Below, one piece after another: positions 29,201-40,398 of a DNA stretch of 64,000 bases (position 1 is its first letter; each line of letters starts with the position of its first letter). The stretch spans positions 496,001 to 560,000 of the forward strand of contig OZ218964.1 of NCBI GenBank assembly GCA_965112735.1, read 5' to 3'. This stretch comes from Phaeosaccion multiseriatum. Lineage: Eukaryota; Protista; Ochrophyta, other classes. Under the pieces are notes generated by a model. The model was not told the origin of the DNA and searched no databases. It saw only the letters and a program-made list of their open reading frames with translations. The position numbers and the translations under genes were made by a program.

Positions 29201-31487
29201 GATTTGGCCGCCCTGGAGACGCTTCAGACGCCCAACCCAGAGACCCAAGAAGCCCAAGAAGCGATCATCATCGCCTGGGGAGGGTGAGGTTGAGGGTGAC
29301 GATGAGGATGCGGGTGAGGGTGAGGTGATAAGACGAATCATTCAAATCAATCGAGTGACAAAGCACAGAGGACAAAGCGTGCGCATGAGCACAAGCAGGA
29401 AGGTGAGAGTGAGTGAGTGAGTGAGTGAGGTTAGGCAAGTGCTGCGGGGGTGGGTGCCGTCTCTCGTCTCCTGCGTATGTGTCCCGCCCCACCCCACCCC
29501 ACCCCCCCCCCTGGCAGGCATCGCACTGTGTACTCAGCACTCTACCTGAGCCCACCGGGATGCCGTGGTGAGGCGAAGTGAGCTCACTCATGGCCCTGAG
29601 CACGCCGGCCACAGCGCGTGTGTGCGGGTCAGCGAGCTCTCCCTGCAGGGCCTCTACAGCGCTCAGCATGAACTCCAGAGAGCCGTGCAGGGGGGCCAGA
29701 CTGGGCAAGGTGTTGCTGCGAGGCTTGACGTAAGCATCGGCGTAGAGGTCGTGGAAGGCCCAGTACCTCCACGAGGGCTTGCTTTTGCCACGGGCAAAGA
29801 GAGCCCTCTGCCCCTCACCCCTCCCTGCCCCTCCTCCGAATCCCATTCGGCTCGCGGCGGAGCTGAGCTTATCCCCCGCACTCGACGCTGCCTTCTTCAG
29901 AGAGAAGCCCCCAGGGGCCGCCGTCGCGAAGACTGAGGACGGTCCACCGCTGAGGCCCGTGGAGGGGGGGGGGGGGCCTTGCAGTACTCATTGCTGCTGC
30001 TCCAACTCCTCCTCCTGCTGCTGCTACTGCTCCTACTGCTGCTCCTCCTGCTACTGCTGCTGCTGCTGCTCCAGCTCCTCCTCCTCCTCCTGCTGCTGCT
30101 GCTGCTGCTACCGCTGCAGGTGAGGGTAATGGCGGTGGAACGGGATTTGTCCCCCCTCGTGAAGGCCGGCTCATCGCGGAGGCCCCTCCGATATTGGGCA
30201 GTGAAGGCAGTCCCGCTGCAGCTGGAACGGGCACGATAGGTAAAGGCGGGGCGCCGCTCGTCGAAGGAGGAGGCCCGCCTCGGCCAGCAGCGGGGGCAGG
30301 CGGTGGAGCGGCCACGGCCTCCACGTAGTTGCTCGGGAAGAGGCCCGTGCGGCCATCTCTGGCCCTGCCCGTCCACCATCCGCCGTTCCTGGCCACCACC
30401 TCCAGCAGCTCTCCCTTCTTCAAGGCCATCTCGTCCGCGGCGGCCGCGGCATAGTCGAAAAGGGCCCTCACCCGCTCCTCTTGTGGTGGCTGCTGTGGTG
30501 GCTGCTGCGGGGGCTGCGTTTGCTGCTGCGCTTGCACCTGCTGCTGAGGCTGTCCTATATTCCCACTCGTCCGAGCTCCCGCAGCCGGAGCTGGTGACGG
30601 TGCCGTCGAAGCCGCTGCTGCCGCCGCCGCGCGAGCTTCGGCTGCGGCCCTCAGCGCTGCCACTCCACCCACGGCGGGCGCTCCCGCTGCCGCGGCCACT
30701 GCCACGCCTCCCGACCCCCCTCCTCCTCTCTCTGCCCCCCCTGCGGCCAGGCCAGCCAAGGAGAGTCCCGGTGCCGATCCTCTCCGACTCGCGGCTGCTG
30801 ACGGCTGCACAGTTGTTGCGCTGCTCACCACTGGGACAGCGACGGCCACAGGCAGAGCCGATGCAGACGACTGCTGCCGTACTGCGGGATTCCCCGCTCC
30901 TCCTGAGGCTCCTGGAGGCTGTATCTGCACGTAGTTACTGGGGAACCATCCACTCTACAAGTGCGTTGCACCGCACACGTCCACGGCAAGAGGGCAACAG
31001 TGTGCAAAGAAGTGAGGGCACGAGCATCAAGCTTACAGTAAAAAAGAAAGGCACGCGAAGCTGTTCGAGACGACAAGGACCTCCAGGAGCTGCCACAGGT
31101 GCGCCTAACCGGCCTTCAGCCCATCTTGAGCCTCCTTCCTACCTGTCCTCTGAGCTCTCCGAGGCCCCAGCCCTTCTGCCCAGAGTCATTCTTGACCAAG
31201 ATGACTTCGTCCTTCTTGAAGGAGAGCTGGTCCGCCCCTGCATGGATGAGAGGGCGAGGGAAGGTTGGCATTTCCAAGCCGTGAGTAGGGAGCGAGTGAG
31301 AGGCGAGAGGATGCCGGAGAGGGCCGTACTGCTCGGGATCCACAACAGCAGCAGCGAGGTCATCGACTCTGCCACAGTGGGCATGTACCCTCGCAGCCAT
31401 CCACTCCCTCCACCCAGTCTCTTGCGTACTCTGACCTTTCCCAACGAAGTCAAAGAGGGCTTTGGCGTAGGTGGGGGACGACGCCAT
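4468..31487 (-). CDS. Giant (~50 exon) multidomain protein: 2 N-terminal SH3, central DUF3638/DUF3645 SF2-helicase-like P-loop ATPase, third SH3, EF-hands, C-terminal Vps62/DUF946-like domain
   Basis: ATG at 31487. SH3-1 is MASSPTYAKALFDFVGK|GADQLSFKKDEVILV..GWGLGEL..|VGWFPSNYV. SH3-2 is VRALFDY..DEMALKKGE..GWW..GLFPSNYVE (~30320-30480). Walker A-like CHQMIMGAGKTT (~14400-14435). LILDEVDLILHPLKSELNW (~13335-13395). DUF3645-like LLAVPFVGKDVPSRASEFSHPDVVIGLT (~12340-12430). GFSGTPSDLLP (~10950-10985). FFDQ|VHTTGMD and AQGAFRMR (~9950-10330). SH3-3 is RALYDY..|GDIIEIL..DGWW..GAFPGNYVE (~8375-8740). EF-hands DLDGDGKLSEEE (~7000) and DSDGDGLVSWQD (~5530). Vps62-like YVWRPVPP..FVSLGMVAT..VRCVP (~4720-4830). 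Stop at 4468-4470. Exons lie collinearly on one strand. Confidence 0.85.
5841..5960. repeat. Intronic 10-bp tandem repeat (CCCTTCCTTA)n
   Basis: About 12 near-identical units visible. Confidence 0.85.
6196..6422. repeat. Intronic 24-bp minisatellite (GATGGCAGTGGAGGGGATGAGAGA-like) ~9 copies
   Basis: Directly visible; gives the spurious EGMAVEGMR repeats in the ORF track. Confidence 0.85.
14510..14703. repeat. Intronic 10-bp tandem repeat (GGATGGCARG)n
   Basis: Directly visible; same GATGGCA core as the 6.2 kb minisatellite. Confidence 0.85.
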
Positions 31488-31848
31488 CGTTCCGCTATTT
31501 CTCCCTTACTCCCTCTTTCCCGCCTCTTGCCCACTTCCTCTTTTCCTGGCTGTTTCCTGAAATATACAAGAGACACCAGGCATTAGTAAGAGGCGCTGGA
31601 GCAGGAGTAGTTGTGGTGTGCGCAACGAGACGTCCAGTGTTTGCCTGGGAGGGGAGAGAATTCCCAAACTGCGACACGGAACGTTACCTTGCTCATATTC
31701 AGTTGCTTCCTGCTTCCACTGCTGCTGGTGCGCCGCCTGCCGCCGCACCGCCTCTGTTTCAGAGACAGGAGGCAAGGGCACCTCCTTTCTTTCCTCTTTT
31801 TTCCTTCTTCTATTTTTTTTTTTTGCTCATTTCCAAGATCACCCAAAT

Positions 31849-32325
31849 AATATGTCAACAACCCTGACATCCACTGCATTCCGATCACGTGCCTTTCATT
31901 CCTGTTTGATTTGGTTTTCCTCGTTCCTACGCCCTCACCACTAAAAAGGCCCAAGGCCACCACAACCACGTCGTCGCTCGTCCTCGTCCAGGTCTCGCGC
32001 CTTTTGGAAGCGTCGCCCACACTGCCGATATTACATACCCTGCCTTTATTAACGCTGCTTTATCCTCAGCCATAGAACTCTCCCTACCTCTTGCCCCTCC
32101 TCCTTCATCCCCTTCACATCCTGCACTCGCAATTTGTGACCCCCTCCTACGTTGCTTCTCCTTCCTCGCCTCCCCCTTTCACCTTCCTCTCCTCCACCCT
32201 CCCTTCTTCTCCCACTTCTTGCCAACCCCAACCCTCTTCCCTCCTCCTCCTTCCCCCTGGCGAGGGCGCAGCATCGACAAAGGCCTGCCTTGTACAATAT
32301 GTCAACAACCCCTGACATCGACTGC
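31849..32325. promoter_or_regulatory. Two copies (31849-31877, 32296-32325) of a ~29-bp element containing the dyad ATGTCA-N7/8-TGACAT
   Basis: AATATGTCAACAACCC(C)TGACATC(C/G)ACTGC occurs twice in the intergenic region upstream of the giant gene ATG; regulatory function is inferred. Confidence 0.4.
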
Positions 32326-32366
32326 CTCACTGCTGCACTGCGTCGCTGCCAGCCGGTCTAAACGCT

Positions 32367-33417
32367 TCAGTCCTCGTCCTTCAGCGAGAGCTTGACGACG
32401 AGCTTGCTTCGAGGAGTGTCGGAGGGGGGAGTACCGCGAAGGTCCTGCCCCTTGACGAGCTCGTAGTCGAAGGCTTTTTTTTTCGTGGTTCGTTGTGTAT
32501 GGTTGTTTCGTTCGTTTCATACGCACACGGAGGCACGTATGCGAGCCAAACGGAAGCGCGAAGGGGCAGAGCGGGTCAGCACGTAAAGTGAGGGGATGGC
32601 AGCAGAGGGGAAGGGGAAGACAACAGAGGGGCAGAGGAAGGCGCGGCTATGGAGGGTGGAGAGAGGGTAGAGCGAGTGGGAGGCGAGGGAAGAAGCTGTT
32701 ACTGTTCCACACAAACACACTCTTCCTCCGTCCCTCCCCCTCCTCTACTCACTCTCCAAGAAGCGTGTCATGAAGAGGACCATCTCCAGCTTGGAGAGGT
32801 GTCGCCCTGGGCACAAGTGGCGACCAAAGCCGAACGATTCTGGCTTGGGCTCAATTCTTAACTCCTGCCCCTCACCCCCTGCTTCCCCCTTTCTCCGGCC
32901 CTTCTTCTTGTCGCCCTTTGCGATGCCCGTGATGAAGCGGTAGGGGCAGAAGCTGTCGGGCTGGTGGTGCAGCTCAGGGTCACGCGTCGATGTCAGCACT
33001 GTCCACATTATGCTGGTGTCCTTCTCGTTGGCGGTGGGGTCGATTTGATAGATTGATGATTGCGGTTTGAGTTTGAGGCGGATCAGGGGTGGACACGACA
33101 ACGCAGACGCGTGGGATGGCGTGGAGTGGTGTGAGGAAGGGTGAGGCGTGCTTAAGAGATCAACCGATATACCGACACCGACAGCTTCTGTTCGAGCCCG
33201 CTAGTTCGCCCTCCCAACCAACCACCACTCGCTCGCACTACACGTTCTCTTTCATCCCGACTCACTCCCTCAAGCACGCTCGCTCGCAAAGCATGCACCA
33301 CACACACACCTTGGGGACTGCGTAGCCGTTGTAGGTGAAGTCCCTATTCGCTTTCCGAAACACGCCACCCACAGGCGGATTCAAGCGAGCACTCTGCACA
33401 CAAACACACCCACACAC

Positions 33418-33457
<40 letters not shown>

Positions 33458-33867
33458 GCAGCGAGCGCCATAAGGGGCGGAAGGAGGAGGGGTGCTCAAT
33501 TAGTCCAGCGCTCCCTCACTCCCCCTCCCTCCCCCTACCTCTCTCTGATACCTCGCACAGACATTCTCGCCTAATCCTCCTCCTCCTCCTCCTCCTCCTC
33601 CTCCTCCTCCTCCTCCTCCTCGACCTCAGCCCTAGCCCTCCATACTTGATACTTACCTCGTGGAATACCGCGTCGAGAAGGGGGTATGTCCCGAATACGT
33701 CGAGGCGTGAGCTTGGGTACGCAAGAGCCTCACTGGGCAAGCTGTCTCGCCCCTCTCGCACCAACTCCTCTCTGTCGTCGTCGCCAGTTTCGGTTTGAGG
33801 TCCAGCACAGCGGACGATGGGAACAACACAAGGCAAGGTGAGTGAGTCATACCAATGTCACACTCGT

Positions 33868-33898
<31 letters not shown>

Positions 33899-36800
33899 AC
33901 GCTTAAAAATGCGGTGGTTCCCTACACAAGAGGAGAGCCCTTCACAAGGCAACGACAAAGACTTGCTCCATCCATCCTGCCCCACCATCTCGCATGTACC
34001 AGCGCTCTACGAGAAGGAAGCTCCCCCGTCTTCCTTAAGCAAACCCCTCAACCGCTCGCGGGCGGGGTTACCTACTCATCTACCCACCTAACCCCCCCCC
34101 CCCACCCCCACCCCAAGCCTCCCCCCCTCCCTATCTCCACCCTTCTCCACCTGAGATCAGGGTGGTCTGCCAGATACTGCAGCATGCGGCTGAGAGAAGC
34201 GCTCGTGGTGCCCAAGCCCGCCATGACCACTGAAACGAGCGTGTCCAGGATGGTCTCGGGCGTAAGCACCTCCACAGAGGCCATACCGCCCTAACAAGGA
34301 GGGGGAGGAGGGAGGGAGGGAGGTGAAGGGGTTGGGAGGATGGGACTGTTAAAATCCATCCATCCATCCATCTATCCAATCATTCATCTGCCATTCCGTC
34401 CATTTAGCTAGTTGTCCTCCTCCCCCTCCTAAGTACCTTCTCCTCCTCCTCCTTGAGCTGATCCCAGAGGAGCACGTCAAGCATGCTATCAGAGCCCTCA
34501 GGGGGGGCGTCTGTACCGGGGGGAGAGATGGCAGTGGAGGGGAGAGATGGCAGTGGATGGGAGGGGCTGAGAAGGGAAGATGGCAGCTAATGGGAGAGAG
34601 AAGTGGGGGGGCACGAGGACGAAAGGACTTGGGCTGTGGAGAGGCAAGCCAGGAGCCCTTGGGAGGGAAAAGGGCAGAGGATGAGAGAGGAAGGATCGAA
34701 GGAAAGCCATAGGAGGGGGGGGGGAGAATCCACGAAGACTGGCGATGCGTAGGGGAGGCAAGTGAAGAATGGCCTCTCACCCGCACTGCTAAGAGACCGA
34801 AAGAGCGACAGCCAAAGCACAGCAAAGCAAGGCAAAGGAACTGGCCACAGACCACAGCACACACAGAGACAGAAGAGGCGTGACGGGGGCATTGGAGGAG
34901 GGGGGTGGGTACGCACCACTCTTCATGCCGTTTCTCCGCGCGCGATACAGCACCTCTCGTCGCCTTTGCACCACGTCCTGACAAGAGAATGACGGGGAGG
35001 GGGCGTGCGAGGCGTCAGCGGAGGAGTTTTGATGGCTGTCTTCTCCGTTCCTCTCCACTGCTCTCTTCTCCTCCCGCCCCCTCTCCTCTCCTCTCTTCTC
35101 CTCCCGTCCCCTCTCCTCTCCTCTCCTCTCCTCTCCTCTCTTATCCTCTCCTCTCCTCTCCTCTCTTCTCCTCTCGTTTACTCTCCCCTCCCCTCTTTTC
35201 CTCTCCTCCCGTCCCTTCTCATCTCCCGTCCCCTCTCACGTCATCTCCCGCCCTCCCCTGTCCTCCCCTGGGCTCAGCGAAGGATCCCCAACGGCAGCAG
35301 ATGTGATGTGAGAACACCCCTCTTATCACAGAGTGTCGATATCTATATCGATCTCGATTTCACCTGAACCTGCAACTGTAACGGCAACTAAAGCTCACCT
35401 TGAGGCCAATTCTGATTCTTTGTCGAGCCTTGAGCCCCGCCCTGGCCGCGGTGGGCAGTCGCTCGAACAGCTCTGATCTGTTGCATTGCATGGGTCAAGG
35501 GCAAGGCACAAGGAGCGCGAGGGAGAGAGACAGGGAGGAGGGGGGGAGAGAGGTGTGAGGGGTCGCAGCAGGCAGGGCAGGCGAGAGCAAAGGAGAACAT
35601 GACGATGGGAAGGCGCGAGTTTAGAGGAGTGTGCGCTGTCTGTGCGCTTTGACTGCCATCCCTGCCTCCTGGAGGCACAGCAATGGATCGCACGAGAAGA
35701 GGAGGGCAGGGGCGTCTTGAATCCGAAGGGACAAAGACACATTGCGACGAGGAGGGGCAGCATATTCATTGCGAGGAGAGAGAAGGGGCCCTCTGTCGTC
35801 TCTGCTGTGCTGCTCTCCACTCCACTCTCTCTCTCTCACTCACGCACCCACTCACTCACTCACTCACTCACTCACTTGACGGGGACGGAGAAAAGTCCTC
35901 TGGTCACCTTACGGAAATCCTGCTCGAAAGAAGGAAAGAGAGGCGACGACAAAAGAGGCATCAGAACTCGTCCCAGCCATCGAGGGCGGGCAGTCAGCTA
36001 GTCAGCCAGGCAGTCAGCTAGTCAGCCAGGCATTCAGCTAGTCAGCCAGGCATTCAGCTAGTCAGCCAGGCAGTCAGCTAGTCAGCCAGGCATTCAGCTA
36101 GTCAGCCAGGCATTCAGCTAGTCAGCCAGGCAGTCAGCTAGTCAGCCAGGCAGTCAGCTAGTTAGCCAGGCAGTCAGCTAGTCAGCCAGGCAGTCAGCTA
36201 GTCAGCCAGGCAGTCAGCTAGTCAGCCAGGCAGTCAGCTAGTCAGCCAGGCAGTCAGCTAGTCAGCCAGGCAGTCAGCTAGTCAGCCAGGCATTCAGCTA
36301 GTCAGCGAGGCAGTCAGCTAGTTAGCCAGGCAGTCAGCTAGTCAGCCAGGCATTCAGCTAGTCAGCCAGGCAGTCAGCTAGTCAGCCAGGCATTCAGCTA
36401 GTCAGCCAGGCATTCAGCTAGCAGCTGGTGTGGTACAGCAACAGCCTCCCTGCCGTACTCCTTGAAGACCAAGTAATACAGAATGAAGAGGGAAGAGGGA
36501 AAGAACGAAACACTGCCCCTCTCCCCCCTCCTGCGCCTCTGCTATGCATGCCTATCCGCTGCCATCCCACCCACGCCCCCCCTCAATCCCCTGTCATTCC
36601 CGGCCCTTCGCCCTTCGCCTTACGTCCTCGAATTGCAGCATGGCCTTGCTTTCCTCGGCTCCAAAAAAAGCAGTGTTAATGACGGCAAAGGTGAAGCTCT
36701 CCAGCTCGGGCTGCAGCTGCAGTTTGAGTTTCAGCTTCCTCTTGGGGTTCTTCCTCTCCCTCCACGACTTTTTGCCCTTGCTGCATGGGAGTGGGGAGGG

Positions 36801-39058
36801 AGGATGGAGGAGGCGGAGAGGAGAGGGAGAGGAGGGGAGGGGAGGGGGAGAGGAAGGGAGGGGAGGGGGAGAGGAGGGGATGGAGAGAAAAGGATAGGAT
36901 AGGAGAGGAGAGGAAGGAGGAGAGGAAAAGAGAAGGCAGAAGAGGGGAGGAGGGGAAGGGAGGGGAGGGGAGGGAGAGGAGGGGAGAGGAGAGGATAGGA
37001 GATGAGAGGAGAGGAGAGGAGAGGAGAGAAGAGAGGGGAGAGGAGAGGAGGGGAGAGGAGAGGAGATGAGAGGAGAGGAGAGGAGAGGAGAGGGGAGGAG
37101 AGGGAGGGGAGAGGAGAAAAGAGGACAGGAGAGGAGAGGAGAGAAGGGAGGAGGAGAGGAGAAGAGAAGACAGAAGAGGGAAGGAGAGGGGAGGGGAGAG
37201 GAGAGGAGAGGAGAGGAGAGGAGAGGAGAGGAGAGGAGAGGAGAGGAGAGGAGAGGAGAGGAGAGGAGAGAGTAGGGAGGACAGGGCAGGAGAAGAAGGT
37301 ACAGAAGAGAAGAGGAGAGGAGAGGAGAGGAGAGGAGAGGAGAGGAGAGGAGAGGTGGTGGAGGGGCATTGGTGAGCTCTGGCTTGAGCTTCCCGTAAGT
37401 AAAATGCCGCACCGGTGCGGTGTTGGATAAGCCAATGACGCAGTGTAAACAGGAAGTTAGGCATGTCCCAATATATCACGCCAGTATGTTAACGAATACA
37501 GGCGGATGGGCGATGTAGGAGCAAGCGCCCGCACCCAGCATACTTCACACTACCACGGAAGGCCTACTGATGAAGAGGATGATTGGGTATACAAGTGAGT
37601 ACATTGGGTACAGAGTATGAGTCCCCAAGCACATCCTGTCTACCCACCTTCGTATTCGCTCCTTCCACTCGGCTACCTTGTCTTCCAGTACTCTCTAAGG
37701 GAGGGGGAGGGGGGGGGCAGTTTGAGTGTGAGCCTGTTTGACTCTCTCTGCCGCCTCTGAGTGTCACGCACACGAAGACACGCACGCACCTGCACGAGGG
37801 GCTCCATGTTGGGGATATAGGACATCGCCAAGGCCTTCGTCGACACGTTACGGATCTTGGACCGTGTCTGTGTGTGTGTGAGGGTGTGTGTGTGTGTTTT
37901 AGTGTGCGTCACCATGTGCATGGTCACTGCCAGAAAACTAGACCAATAGAGTGCCCAGAAGAAGGACTCGCATAAATCTTCTCACTAACCTTTCCTCACT
38001 CTCCACTCACTCTTTCTCTCCCTTTCTTCCTTCGTTCCTTCGTTCCTTCCTCTATCTTTTTCTAACCCTCCCTTCCTTCCTTCCTTCCTCTCTCTCTCAC
38101 TCACTCACTCACCGGAGACTCGGGCATTGTTGTGAAGGAGCGCTCCCCGAGCATTCTTGTGACCGAGTAGGGCCAGCTGCGTGAATGAGGCGGGTGTTCA
38201 TATCAGAGAGAAGGACCAAGTGCCATGAAAGAATGGAAGGGGTGAAGGGGTGGCGTAGCGAAAGGGTTGGGCCGGCAGGCGGGTACAAGAGGGAGCTTCC
38301 AGTATTCGACCGGCACGGCGTATCTCCCTTCTTCCCCCTCTGTCTCTCTCTCTTCTCTCTCTTCTCTCTTCTCTCCCTTTGTCTCTCTCTCTCTCACTCA
38401 CTCACGTGCCGTCCACATCCCCGCTCGGTTCCAGCGCTGCAAGAGCCTCCGTCGCAAGGGGACTCGTCATGACCGTGGTCGTGAGAAAGCCGAACAACTT
38501 GGTCCGAAAGATGCCTTCCGTTCGCTTACCTGCGAGGTGTAAAATGTGGGTGGGGAGAGAAGAGGGGGGCGGGTTCACATCCTGATGGAGGTTTCGCTAA
38601 TCCAAGGCGAATAGAAGTGGGACACATGATCAGGAGCCGCATGCAGGGGGAGTGCATGTGCTTGCAGTGCGGCGCAGACAGTTGGAAAGGCTTGCTACAA
38701 GCTCACCAAGAGCACGAGCGCTTCGCCGTCCAGTCGTCTTTGGTGTGCGACCGAGTATTGTCCGGATGCGACCCCTCAAAGAGAAGGTGTTGTCTTTCGG
38801 TGGTGGCGGCAAGTCGGCAAAGTCCTCTGATGAAGCGCCTGCTATAGTGCTGCTCCTGTCCCTCCTACCACTCCCGCCTGCCCTCACCCCTTCGCCCCCT
38901 GTGGGAGTACATGTATGACAACGGGGGAGGGAGGGAGAGGCTTTTTTCGGGACTCCAACCCTCACGCTTGCGGGCGGCCCAAACGCAGTGCACACAGCAA
39001 CTCCCCTCGTCAGCAAAGTGCCTACCAGAGGGAGAAGGACGCGAGCAAGCGGCCGCAT
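32367..39058 (-). CDS. Cytochrome P450 (CYP120/CYP26-like), multi-exon, with probable bipartite plastid-targeting presequence
   Basis: Heme motif FGFGRHLCPG (~32805-32835). K-helix ExxR is split by an intron: DAVFHE|SARLNPPVGGVFRKANRDFTYNGYAVPK. I-helix VVMAGLGTTSAS (~34200-34230). PERF-like PYRF. Last exon FDYELVKGQDL...KDED* (TGA 32367-32369). N-terminus MRPLARVLLPLVGTLLTRGVAVCTAFGP (ATG 39058). Confidence 0.9.
35991..36420. repeat. 20-bp minisatellite CA(G/T)TCAGCTAGTCAGCCAGG, ~21.5 copies, in a P450 intron
   Basis: Head-to-tail copies with only point variants and no spacers. Confidence 0.95.
36790..37352. repeat. Long polypurine (GAGAG)n low-complexity tract, intronic
   Basis: Almost pure A/G over ~560 bp. 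Confidence 0.9.
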
Positions 39059-39439
39059 TTTTTTTTTTTTTTCTGTAAACACCACCTCAGCAATCAATCA
39101 CATGTGGGAAGGAACCCTAGTAAGTCAGTAGTAGGGATGAGGCCCGGGGAAAGGGGGGAGAAGGACGGGAAGGAACTGGTGAAGGATGGAAGAATTTAAC
39201 ACGCAACACCTCACAAGCTGGGGAGCGACGCGGTAGAAATCAGCATCAGTGGCAGGGAAGGCAGTGTGCGGACCAAAAGCAGCTGCAGCTGTAGCCAAAG
39301 GCAAACGCGGAACGCAAGGAGAGGAACAACGGAACATTAAGGCCTACGGGGCCGAAGCGCAGCAGCTGTGGCAGATACGGGAGAGCACGCAGGGAGACGG
39401 TAACACAGGCAGCCAGTGTGAGCAGCAGCAGCGGGAAAC

Positions 39440-40398
39440 ATGGGCGGCAAGGGATGTGTCCCCCATCGGCCTAAGAAGGTGGGCGCCTGCTACCTGCTCT
39501 GCGGGGAGGAGAGCGCCAGTGGGTTCCCCTTCCACTGCCTCGTAGGGCCGCAGTACCCGTGCATGCTCGTCACCTACTGCCTCATCATCGTCCCTTCCGT
39601 GGTGGTCTTCATCTTTGTGTAAGTCCTCAGCCGAAGTGAAGAGCCCTTCTCTCTTCCTTTCCATGTAGTTTGCTGTCTGTGCTCGTGTGTTCCCTTCAAA
39701 ACCCCCTCTTCCTCCCCGCCCCCTACCCCGCCTTCTGCTCCCCCCCTCATTCATGTTTCCCCTCTCTCCTCCGAGCAGCGCGCCCTCGTACCCCTTCTAC
39801 ATCGCTATCATGCTCGCCGTGAGCTTCACCACGCTACTTTGCGCCTTCTCCTTCACGGCGTGCAGTGATCCGGGCATTATCTACGCGGCAAGGCCGGGGC
39901 AGCCGTCAGGGACAGGCTCATCAGCCGCGGCAGCAGGAGAGGGAGGGGTGGGGGCGCGGCACGAGGAGCACCAAATAGAGGAGGGCACACTGTGTGGTGC
40001 GTGAGGATGGCAGTGGATGGGAGCGTATCGGGGACTGGGGGCTCGTAGACTTGTCTGTGTTGTCTGTCTGTTTGAGTACGGTGTTTGAACAATTATTCTC
40101 TTATTAAATCGGCCAACCAAGTAGCCAATCAACGAACCCACTCCCCTCCACCCACTCTTTCACCGCAACCACTCCACGCTACACAGGGAGATGCGAAGTG
40201 ATGCGACCAGATACAGCGCAGCACTGTGGGGAGTGTAACCTTTGCATCGACGGCTTAGACCACCACTGCCCTTGGACGGGCAAGTGCATCGGCAAGCGCA
40301 ATCTCGCCGCCTTCTACGTATTCGTGGGGTCGGTCTTCTTGCACTTGGGGGTGGTGCTGCTGCTAGTCATGGGGGCCTTTGCGCAGACCAAGGGCTGA
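39440..40398 (+). CDS. DHHC-type protein S-acyltransferase (palmitoyltransferase), ~3 exons; true start uncertain
   Basis: AQHCGECNLCIDGLDHHCPWTGKCIGKRNLAAFYVF; upstream GPQYPCMLVTYCLII transmembrane segment and TACSDPGII motif. Confidence 0.9.

Noticed and set aside
30303-31586. 427-aa + strand ORF
   Set aside because: Antisense to SH3-encoding exons of the giant gene; a GC-rich shadow ORF with no motif.
35991-36420. CRISPR-like array
   Set aside because: Units are head-to-tail with no unique spacers, there are no cas genes, and it lies in a eukaryotic intron.
36594-37479. Several 140-270 aa ORFs (LSSPL/ERRGE repeats)
   Set aside because: Translations of a (GAGAG)n intronic tract.
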